Positions 1 through 7,719 of a stretch of DNA of 64,000 nucleotides are shown here, piece by piece. The stretch spans positions 12,650 through 76,649 of IMG/VR virus record IMGVR_UViG_2974724611_000001, one strand, 5' to 3'. The DNA is from Cinqassovirus ah1. Lineage: Duplodnaviria; Heunggongvirae; Uroviricota; Caudoviricetes; Straboviridae. Made by a program: the position numbers and the translations under genes. How positions within the stretch are numbered: the stretch's first letter is position 1; each line of letters opens with the position of its first letter. Under the pieces are notes generated by a model, which was given only the letters and a program-made list of their open reading frames with translations, was not told where the DNA came from and ran no database searches.

Positions 1-104
1 CCTATACATTTTGGAATAATATGATGCGTCTCAGTGTAAACACCCGCATTGTTTTGTGATTTGCACTTTTCTATTAGTTTATCATAAATGTTTTTGTAAT
101 TCAT
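1..104 (-). CDS. HNH homing endonuclease, N-terminal fragment; the gene continues past the window start
   Basis: ATG at 104. Translation MNYKNIYDKLIEKCKSQNNAGVYTETHHIIPKCIG carries the canonical HNH motif E-x-HHI(I/V)PK-x-GG, as in T4 Mob and I-TevIII-type enzymes. No clear SD. Confidence 0.5.
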   Translation of the reverse strand, partial: MNYKNIYDKLIEKCKSQNNAGVYTETHHIIPKCI

Positions 105-108
105 AAAA

Positions 109-131
109 TAAAAGAGGCTTTCGCCCTCTTC
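109..131 (-). terminator. Rho-independent terminator downstream of uvsX, GAAA tetraloop
   Basis: Minus-strand RNA GAGGGC-GAAA-GCCUCUUUUAUUUU lies immediately 3' of the uvsX stop. Confidence 0.55.
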
Positions 132-132
132 C

Positions 133-1359
133 TTAATCTAAGTTATCAAATAAACTATCCGCTTCTTCGGAATCCAGATCGATGTTTTCCAGATTTTCCA
201 ATTCATTTCCTTTTTCGGAAATTTTTCTACTAAGTTCAACTGGAAGTTCTGCCTTTCCGTCAAACAAGTCATCGATTTCTGCCATAGTTTCGTCATCGAC
301 TGTTGCCGCTTTTAGTTTGAAATGATCGGCAAATGCTTCTTTAAAAGGAGCATGGCTGAACATAGGCTTCCAAAATTCGGAACAATCGGTATCAGCCCTT
401 CTCCATTTTTTATCTTCTGTTACCAGCTCTCCCGTTTCTTTGTCCAAGAACGCTCGACTGAACCAGCCATTTGACGGTTTGACAATAAAGCCGATATCAA
501 GACCAACGTCAAGTAGGCCAGAATAGGTATTAATACCACCTTCAAACGTAACGTTCACAGGAAGTTTGGATTTCTCTTTGATGAATCGGGACTTCTCAAT
601 GTTGATGATGAAGTTATAACCAAGCAACTCTGTTCCGTCTTTCTCTTGCTGCCGACCGATAATGAACACGGTATTAGCGGAATACATCGGACCGGTACCG
701 CCGCTCATGATTGTTTTGCTGTAGGTCTCTTGGGTTTCGTATGTGTGGTTAATTACAACCATAGGGATACCGATAGTGGTAAGATATGGAGTAATCATAC
801 GGAAACAACTCTTGATTTGTTTGGCTCGGCTCATGTCTTGTGCAGATTTCAAATCAATAGCATCTTGCAATTCTTTCTTGGACGCAACGTTACCAATCGA
901 GTCAACAAAACAGATTACTTTATCACCTCGTTCCAGTGATTCCAAGTGTTGAATCGCTTCGAACTTCAATTCTTCGACGTCTTTGAACGGAATGTGTTTG
1001 ACTCTGGAAGGGTCTACGCCAGCAGATTTAAAATAACCAGGGGTAGAGCCGAATTCGTTGTCAAAGAATAAACACACCGCATCTGGGTGTTTACGCAGAT
1101 ACGCAGATACCAGAACTAATCCGATGTTTGATTTAAAGTGCTTGGACGGGCCAGCAACTGCGGTGATACCAGGAGTAAGGCCACCATCCAGTTCTCCGCT
1201 AAGAGCAACGTTTAGAATTGGAACACGAGTTCTTACCATGTCACTAGCACCAAAGAAATCACTTTCCGATAGGACAGCAGCGTTTTTTGTAACACCAACT
1301 CCCATCATTCGGGCCATCATGCTAGTTTTTGGTGATGCAGTTTTAATACCTTTAGCCAT
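133..1359 (-). CDS. uvsX: UvsX RecA-like recombinase
   Basis: 408 aa, collinear with T4 UvsX: DVVRTRVPILNVALSGE, GPSKHFKSN, AVCLFFDNEFG, INHTYETQE, FIIGRQ. Confidence 0.95.
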   Translation of the reverse strand: MAKGIKTASPKTSMMARMMGVGVTKNAAVLSESDFFGASDMVRTRVPILNVALSGELDGGLTPGITAVAGPSKHFKSNIGLVLVSAYLRKHPDAVCLFFDNEFGSTPGYFKSAGVDPSRVKHIPFKDVEELKFEAIQHLESLERGDKVICFVDSIGNVASKKELQDAIDLKSAQDMSRAKQIKSCFRMITPYLTTIGIPMVVINHTYETQETYSKTIMSGGTGPMYSANTVFIIGRQQEKDGTELLGYNFIINIEKSRFIKEKSKLPVNVTFEGGINTYSGLLDVGLDIGFIVKPSNGWFSRAFLDKETGELVTEDKKWRRADTDCSEFWKPMFSHAPFKEAFADHFKLKAATVDDETMAEIDDLFDGKAELPVELSRKISEKGNELENLENIDLDSEEADSLFDNLD

Positions 1360-1464
1360 TTTACAGTTTTGCCTCTATTTACAGTTTTAGTTTCGATTTC
1401 ATAATCTCCATAAAGTAGTCTTCAATGTAGGGCTATTATCTCATAGCCCCGAATGTTTATAAAC

Positions 1465-4224
1465 TTACATATCACCGAAAAGATCGGAAAGACTAGATAC
1501 TTTCTCGGTTTCCCAGCCAATCGCATTACAGATATTTTCGAGTGGCTTCAGGTAATGTTTTTGATACATGCCCATGAAATCGAGATATTTAGACAAATCA
1601 AGATCGAATTCATCTGGAATCTTGTCACCGCTAGGGAAAGCAAGTACCGGCGAATGAATATGATTCGGCTCTTTCAGCATCACGATCTGGATCTTCTCGC
1701 CACTTCGAATCATGTCAAGATTTCGCTGCTCTGCTACTTTGTTGTAAGCGAGTGCTCCCTTGATGTGCCCTGGACAACCTTTAACTGGTACCCAGTTGTT
1801 GTGATTCTTTTCGATGTTGTTTGCACTCGATACTGCCGCAATCTCTCGATAATCGCGCTTGGGATACTCGGCCTTGACTTCCTTAACGTAGTCTTGCATT
1901 GCCTTCTCACCCTTAGTCAGGATCAGCTTGATACTCTTCTCCAGCGATTTACCAGCGAATACCGGTGTGCTAGAACGTTGAGTTTCAATACCCATGATCT
2001 TCAACTTCGGAACAACGTTACCGTGTTCGTCAAGCTTGCGCTTACCTTCTGAGTCCCACACGTTAGCAGCATAACGCTTTTTCGCAGTCCAGAAAGCAGT
2101 ATCAGCGATGATTTCTCGGTCCATGAACAGCTTGTGATCATAACACTGGACATATTCCGCGAGTTCGCGATAGCTTTGATCGATATACGGCTCGCATTTC
2201 TCTTTGGCGAACTTCGCAAGAAAATCTACCCAACGAATAGTTTCAATGTCGCCGACTTGAATACCCTTCTTCGCTGCCATGAGATTAACGAACTTTTCAA
2301 ACGTCAAATAAATGGAGTCAGTATCGCCGTAAACGACATAATCGACGTCTTTGGTCTGACACAGCGCATTCATGTATTCATTCATCTTCCGCATGATCCA
2401 ACGAATCGCAAATTGACCACTCATGGTAATCGCTTCGGCGTTTCGAACGTCATAATAACGGAAGTGTTCGTTGCCCAATGCACCATAAAGTGAGTTGATA
2501 AGTACCTTACGTGCTTGTTGGTTAACGTTTTCGAGTTTCTCCATGAATCGGCAGTAATCAACGATGCCATGTAGAGATTCGTTGTTGAACGTTTTCAGAT
2601 TCGCGACGAAATTATCAAACGCTTCTCCCTTAATAGAGAGATCAATGCCGTGTGCGTCGAACTCAATATTGGTATCTGCGATATTATTATCTTTGCGATC
2701 AACGATTGTATCCCAAGCGATTGTCGCAATCTTATCCGCCGTAAACTCTGCATTCTTTGCGGCTTTACGTTGCAAGAACACTTTTTCGATTTCAGTCGGG
2801 ATAATACCGCGTTTCTTTCTGGTGTAACGCATCCCGTTAGCAGCGAACGACAGATCATCATTCGGAACTTGGAATTTCTTGTCAACAAGTCCCATGCCAA
2901 CGATATCTGGCACCATACGGTCTTTCACGAAAATGCGAGGAACATCATAGCAATCAACAATCGTCTCTGGACTAATGTTCCAGCCCATGATCAAGTGTGG
3001 ATACAGGGATGTTAAGTCGAAACTCAGAATCCAGCGATAAAACGCCGTAACTGGGTCTTTAACAAACGCTCCCGCATACTTGACTTTAGAAGTACGTTTG
3101 TTTTCTGGCACAACAATTCCCTGTTCAATCAGACTGTTATGAATGATCGCGTCCCAAGTCTTCAAGGGACTAAAGGTGTTGTTATAGTTGATCTTTGCGT
3201 AATAACTTACACTTGTAATCAGAGCCATCAACGACAAACGAGCATCTAGTTTAACCAACAAATCAACGTCTCGGATAAGATAGTCGATATATCTCTGTGG
3301 GTTTTTCTGACTGAATGCCAAGTATGTTTTCTCGGTAAGCTCCAGCTTTTTCATGCCGAGTTCAACTTGACCGATGTAATCTAACTTGTAAGTCGGACGA
3401 GTCTTAAACGTGAATTTCTTGTAAGCTGCCATATAATCAAGACAAGCAATGCCAAGCAATTCATACGTCACGATCTCTTCGGCTTCTTCACCTTCGTCGT
3501 CGTCTTTGAAAACGGTACGCTCGATGATTTGTTCCCAAGGACTAAGCTTGTTCGCGTATACATCACCGAGGACTTTACGATACCGGTTTACGATATAACG
3601 CAAGTCGAACATTTCAGAGTTCCAACCGGAGAAAACATCCGGGGTGTTATCTCTAAAGAACTTGAGATACCGAATCAAAAGCTCGCGCTCAGACTCACAG
3701 AACACGTAATCCACACGATCTAAGATATCAACAACGTTACCCTTGTCGTCTTTATCAAGAATCGATTTTGCCTTGTCCCACGGACGGGTAGTAAACAGTG
3801 AATACCGTTTGCGTTTTGTGCTGTAGTGACAGATGCCGTCGATTTCCCAGTCACAGATATGGGGTTCAGGGAATGGTCCGTCAGTTGGGACCTCGATATC
3901 CACAAACGCAATATCAATTTGCTCATACTTGAACGAAACTGGACCGCTATAGGTGTGATACAGATATTGGAGAACAAAATCGTCCATGCCAAGTGGCTCG
4001 CGATTAATGTCTCTCATATCTTTCATCCAGCGTCTGGCATCGCCAATGCTATCGAACTCAACTGCCGTCGCTGGCTTTCCGTAAATGTCTTTCAACTCTC
4101 CGTTATTGCTATGCTTGTACAGCGTTGGGCCAAAGTTAACTTTTCGACTTCGACTGATACCGTTATCATCGACATAACGTTCCAGAACAGTATTGCCTTG
4201 AATACATACGTTGGTATAAAACAA
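1465..4224 (-). CDS. 43: DNA polymerase gp43 (family B), apparent TTG start
   Basis: 919 aa. The N-terminus FYTNVCIQGNTVLERYVDDNG aligns with T4 gp43 EFYISIETVGNNIVERYIDENG. Carries the YGDTDS polymerase motif. There is no in-frame ATG; TTG follows an AGAGG SD. Confidence 0.93.
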   Translation of the reverse strand: MFYTNVCIQGNTVLERYVDDNGISRSRKVNFGPTLYKHSNNGELKDIYGKPATAVEFDSIGDARRWMKDMRDINREPLGMDDFVLQYLYHTYSGPVSFKYEQIDIAFVDIEVPTDGPFPEPHICDWEIDGICHYSTKRKRYSLFTTRPWDKAKSILDKDDKGNVVDILDRVDYVFCESERELLIRYLKFFRDNTPDVFSGWNSEMFDLRYIVNRYRKVLGDVYANKLSPWEQIIERTVFKDDDEGEEAEEIVTYELLGIACLDYMAAYKKFTFKTRPTYKLDYIGQVELGMKKLELTEKTYLAFSQKNPQRYIDYLIRDVDLLVKLDARLSLMALITSVSYYAKINYNNTFSPLKTWDAIIHNSLIEQGIVVPENKRTSKVKYAGAFVKDPVTAFYRWILSFDLTSLYPHLIMGWNISPETIVDCYDVPRIFVKDRMVPDIVGMGLVDKKFQVPNDDLSFAANGMRYTRKKRGIIPTEIEKVFLQRKAAKNAEFTADKIATIAWDTIVDRKDNNIADTNIEFDAHGIDLSIKGEAFDNFVANLKTFNNESLHGIVDYCRFMEKLENVNQQARKVLINSLYGALGNEHFRYYDVRNAEAITMSGQFAIRWIMRKMNEYMNALCQTKDVDYVVYGDTDSIYLTFEKFVNLMAAKKGIQVGDIETIRWVDFLAKFAKEKCEPYIDQSYRELAEYVQCYDHKLFMDREIIADTAFWTAKKRYAANVWDSEGKRKLDEHGNVVPKLKIMGIETQRSSTPVFAGKSLEKSIKLILTKGEKAMQDYVKEVKAEYPKRDYREIAAVSSANNIEKNHNNWVPVKGCPGHIKGALAYNKVAEQRNLDMIRSGEKIQIVMLKEPNHIHSPVLAFPSGDKIPDEFDLDLSKYLDFMGMYQKHYLKPLENICNAIGWETEKVSSLSDLFGDM

Positions 4225-4302
4225 AATTACTACCTCTTGTCAGTGCGCCTTTCATGGGTCGCATCTTAGGTGAAACATTCATAATAAACCTCTCACAAAA
4301 TG

Positions 4303-4346
4303 AAAGTTGATTATAAATGCGCTCTTGATTGTTGTCAAGAGCGCCG
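4303..4346 (-). promoter_or_regulatory. Consensus sigma70 early promoter for gene 43, embedded in a 10-bp-stem palindrome that also follows the regA stop
   Basis: Minus strand: TTGACA (4339-4334), 18-nt spacer, TATAAT (4315-4310). The -35 box lies within the perfect hairpin GCGCTCTTGA-caaca-TCAAGAGCGC (4319-4344). Confidence 0.5.
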
Positions 4347-4352
4347 TTTGTA

Positions 4353-4721
4353 TTAAGAGCCGAACTTGTATTTGTGTACCAGAGTCCAGTTAGCTTTCTC
4401 TTTGTGAGAGATCACTCGGAAGAAGTTGTTCCCTGGTGCGTTGTGCTCGCTCACGATATCACACATTCCCCATTCTTTCAGCAACACCGCGATATCGTTA
4501 CGACGGTCGATATCTTCTTGGCTGATTTCCACTTGACGGCCGTCGAGCTGGAGCAGTTCCTTGAAGTGAACGATGTAATACTTGCCTTGCTTTTGAAGAA
4601 TGTGGCAGCTTTGATACAGTCGCTTTTCTACGTTGTTCGCGATACCGATGCGGGTCAGTGTTTCGCGGATTTTCAGGAAGTCTTCGTCTTTTTTCAGTTG
4701 AATTTGCAGCATCATTTTCAT
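4353..4721 (-). CDS. regA: RegA translational repressor
   Basis: 122 aa, the same length as T4 RegA and in the same position between genes 43 and 62. Confidence 0.85.
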   Translation of the reverse strand: MKMMLQIQLKKDEDFLKIRETLTRIGIANNVEKRLYQSCHILQKQGKYYIVHFKELLQLDGRQVEISQEDIDRRNDIAVLLKEWGMCDIVSEHNAPGNNFFRVISHKEKANWTLVHKYKFGS

Positions 4722-4730
4722 TATGTCCTT

Positions 4731-5312
4731 TTACCAAGATCGGATAGCGCGTTGAATTTTTTCGCGCTCAGTTTTAGTTGGGATAACAGTCAAGCAACGG
4801 GCGTTGACGTCATTAACGGTAGGAGAAAACATTTTCTTTAACCGTTTGATTTGTTCATCAGAAAAATAATCAATATATTCTCTGGCTCGTGGAATCGAGA
4901 CTTCGTAATAATCAGAAACAAGGTATTCGAATACTCTTTGTTCCCAATCGTCCGTGAGTTTAGCGAACTTTACTTTCGGGAGACTACACTTCCGAACAGT
5001 AAAATAAAGGTAATCGTAATGCATCTGATCGCTAATAAACCCTTCCATAGAATTCAGTTCAGAAGCATAACCACTCATGGTAACATGCTGGGACAGAGCA
5101 TTGTTTATTGCATGTTGATCGTAATCAGAGAATCGATCAACTGTGCCGTGTCCCCGCTTCTGTGTAACGTTATCGATTATTTCGAACAGGGATTGTTCAG
5201 CCGGTACCTTAAACTGCTTGGCAAGCTCTTTTACAGCGTTCCAATCTCTGGAACGCCATGCAATCTCATGCTCGTTTAAATCTTCTTCGTCCATAAAACA
5301 GGCGAGAGACAT
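4731..5312 (-). CDS. 62: Clamp-loader small subunit gp62
   Basis: MSLACFMDEEDLNEHEIAWRSRDW aligns with T4 gp62 MSLFKDDIQLNEHQVAWYSKDW. The start is trimmed to the internal Met. Confidence 0.85.
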   Translation of the reverse strand: MSLACFMDEEDLNEHEIAWRSRDWNAVKELAKQFKVPAEQSLFEIIDNVTQKRGHGTVDRFSDYDQHAINNALSQHVTMSGYASELNSMEGFISDQMHYDYLYFTVRKCSLPKVKFAKLTDDWEQRVFEYLVSDYYEVSIPRAREYIDYFSDEQIKRLKKMFSPTVNDVNARCLTVIPTKTEREKIQRAIRSW

Positions 5313-5313
5313 T

Positions 5314-6279
5314 TTATTTCCACTCCATTTCCATACTGAGATCAGCAAGTAGATCAAACAGATGAATTTCCATGTTCGGAATACCGTTAGCGTATTTCTG
5401 ATTTTCGGCGATAAGCTTGATCATCACACGCAGAGAAGTCGGTTTAACTTCAACGAAAAGACGCTCATACAGTTTGGTGATAAAGCTATCGTAATCAACG
5501 GTAAACTTCGGAACAAGCGAACGAACATCACCGAGCTTTTTAGACTTGAGCATGGTAACAACGTCGTTCATATCTTCGGTTGCTTGCGTGGCTTTAGTCA
5601 AAACACCTTCATCGATCTTACCTGATTTTGCATAACTATCAAGCATTGTGATAGTGCCACGCAGATCAGGGAAGTTTTGTTTCACAAGAGCAGCGATAGC
5701 TTTACGAGATTCTACTACAACTCCTTCCATTTCGCAAATGGTTTCACACCGTACGATCATTTCTTTCATCATGCGGAGCTTGTCGTCCGCGGTAGGATTA
5801 CCGAATTCAATCTGACGGAATCGAGATTTCAGTGGACCGGGAATAGCTTCTACGTTGTTGCAAGTCATGATAACAGAACAGTTCGAGCTAAACGCTTCCA
5901 TCCAAGAACGGAGTTCTTCATGAACAGCTTTCATGCCCTTGTTATCGCCTTCATCGATGATGATAACTTTGCCACCCGGCTTACGAGTCATGGTAGACGC
6001 AAACGCGGTCAGGTCATTACGCAGATCATCGATACGCAGTTTACCACCAGAGATAAACATAACTTCGGCATCGATCTCATTACAAAGAACCCGTGCCATT
6101 GTAGTTTTGCCAGTACCGGGGCTTTTGGAGAACAGCAGGATGTGGGGGATTCTGCCGGTCGCAACGATACCTTTGAAACGCTCGATATCAGCAGACGGAA
6201 GAATACATTCGGAAATCAATGCGGGACGGTACTTTTGTTCCCACATAAACTCTTTTGGATCGGTGATAGTCACAGTCAT
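5314..6279 (-). CDS. 44: Clamp-loader large subunit gp44 (AAA+)
   Basis: EQKYRP, the Walker A motif SPGTGKTT, IIDEGD and SNCSVIMTCNN are all collinear with T4 gp44. Confidence 0.95.
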   Translation of the reverse strand: MTVTITDPKEFMWEQKYRPALISECILPSADIERFKGIVATGRIPHILLFSKSPGTGKTTMARVLCNEIDAEVMFISGGKLRIDDLRNDLTAFASTMTRKPGGKVIIIDEGDNKGMKAVHEELRSWMEAFSSNCSVIMTCNNVEAIPGPLKSRFRQIEFGNPTADDKLRMMKEMIVRCETICEMEGVVVESRKAIAALVKQNFPDLRGTITMLDSYAKSGKIDEGVLTKATQATEDMNDVVTMLKSKKLGDVRSLVPKFTVDYDSFITKLYERLFVEVKPTSLRVMIKLIAENQKYANGIPNMEIHLFDLLADLSMEMEWK

Positions 6280-6372
6280 TTTATATGTCTCTCAGTGCAT
6301 GGGTAAAACAGTTTGGAATAACTAGCATTCAAAACTATTCTAAAGTGGGGAGGTTGCCCTCCCCGACAGTTA

Positions 6373-7050
6373 TTAAGCAGTGTACTTGGATTTGGAGTCA
6401 ATTGCAATGATATAGCTTGCAGTTGCACCCTTGAAACAGATTGCTCCTTCTTTTGCGATCATCACGGTATATTTGCCGTCGATCATCTTCATGTTACCAA
6501 TCGCAACGATGAAATCAAAAGTAGCGTCGTCTCCTTCGAAGTCATCAGCAATAGCAATCTCAAAGCTGTTGGAGTTGCTTTCGCCGCCGGTCAGACGAGC
6601 GATAATCTTACGACCGTCGTTGACAAAGTGCAGATCTACCAGGGACATAGTAGAGGCAGATTTGTCGATTTGTTTCAGTTGCTCGGCAGTAATCTCGAAC
6701 ACAACGGAAGCAGTTGGCATGGTCAGTGCTTTCTTCGGATGTGCGATAGTACCGGCTTCTGCCATTTTGATTTTTGCCATAGCTTTGCCACCGGATGCAT
6801 TCTTGATAGTGATATATTCACCGTCTTCGGTAACATCAGCAGGCAGACCAACCATCGCAGCAACACCCAAGAATTCACCGAGGCTGTAGATTCGCAGCTC
6901 GCTATCTACGGTATCTTTGATGGTGCTTTCGGCATACAGAACGTTGTTCACGCTCTTGGTGTTGACGAAAGTACCCGGTTTCAGTACCACAGACGGGTTA
7001 ATTTTTGCGAAGTTAGACAGGATTTCTACGGTTTCTTTGCTCAGTTGCAT
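6373..7050 (-). CDS. 45: Sliding clamp gp45
   Basis: 225 aa. MQLSKETVEILSNFAKINPSV aligns with T4 gp45 MKLSKDTTALLKNFATINSGI. Confidence 0.93.
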   Translation of the reverse strand: MQLSKETVEILSNFAKINPSVVLKPGTFVNTKSVNNVLYAESTIKDTVDSELRIYSLGEFLGVAAMVGLPADVTEDGEYITIKNASGGKAMAKIKMAEAGTIAHPKKALTMPTASVVFEITAEQLKQIDKSASTMSLVDLHFVNDGRKIIARLTGGESNSNSFEIAIADDFEGDDATFDFIVAIGNMKMIDGKYTVMIAKEGAICFKGATASYIIAIDSKSKYTA

Positions 7051-7086
7051 TTTATTTCCTCAGTTCAATTCAGTTAGATAGGTATA

Positions 7087-7395
7087 TTACGCTGCTTTCC
7101 ACTCGGAGTAAACAAGAGCAGCGGCATCAGGGAAAAATTCTTCGAACTCGCGTTTGCAGTTCAGATTTTCGGTACGGAACTTCTGACTCAGACGAATCGC
7201 AGTTTCGATTACATCATCGTCAAATTCTTTGTAAATCTCAAAACGAACATCACGTTCCAGACATTGCAGGCGATCATAGTCTTCCTGAGACATGAGTCGG
7301 ACCCAGTTTTTACGAGCCAGATTCTGATAGAAGAAAGCCGCGCTCAGAGTTTTCAGGGAATCACCAGGGATAAAATCAATCATTTCGTACTCCAA
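7087..7395 (-). CDS. rpbA: RpbA-like RNA-polymerase-binding protein (by position)
   Basis: 102-aa acidic protein between genes 45 and 46, as in T4. The call rests on synteny only. Confidence 0.4.
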   Translation of the reverse strand: MEYEMIDFIPGDSLKTLSAAFFYQNLARKNWVRLMSQEDYDRLQCLERDVRFEIYKEFDDDVIETAIRLSQKFRTENLNCKREFEEFFPDAAALVYSEWKAA

Positions 7396-7564
7396 TCAGG
7401 TATGTAATGTAACGTTTCATAGAACGAGACAAGTGTTTTTGTTTCTTGTCTCTGTTGTCGTGCATTATACACGACTTGATCCAAAAGTAAAGTGCTAATA
7501 GACAAATAATCGGAAACATTATTGTCAGTATTATTCGGTCTATCATAGCTTCCATGCTATCCAA
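7376..7564 (-). CDS. Small membrane protein (45.2-like position)
   Basis: 62 aa with one predicted TM helix (IILTIMFPIICLLALYFWI). Confidence 0.4.
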   Translation of the reverse strand: MDSMEAMIDRIILTIMFPIICLLALYFWIKSCIMHDNRDKKQKHLSRSMKRYITYLIGVRND

Positions 7565-7719
7565 TGAGGATCAAAGTTGTTGATAATACGTGTCAATTGT
7601 TCTTCGCCAAATCTGGCTACCAACTGATTATACGTGACTTTGATCTCGTGGTCAATCCCTTTGTTTGATAGTACCCAGAATTCCACATCTGGGCACACGT
7701 CTTGTATGTTATCGAACAT
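7543..7719 (-). CDS. Small hypothetical protein
   Basis: ORF trimmed to the internal Met (MFDNIQDV...), just after the gp46 stop. Confidence 0.3.
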   Translation of the reverse strand: MFDNIQDVCPDVEFWVLSNKGIDHEIKVTYNQLVARFGEEQLTRIINNFDPHWIAWKL

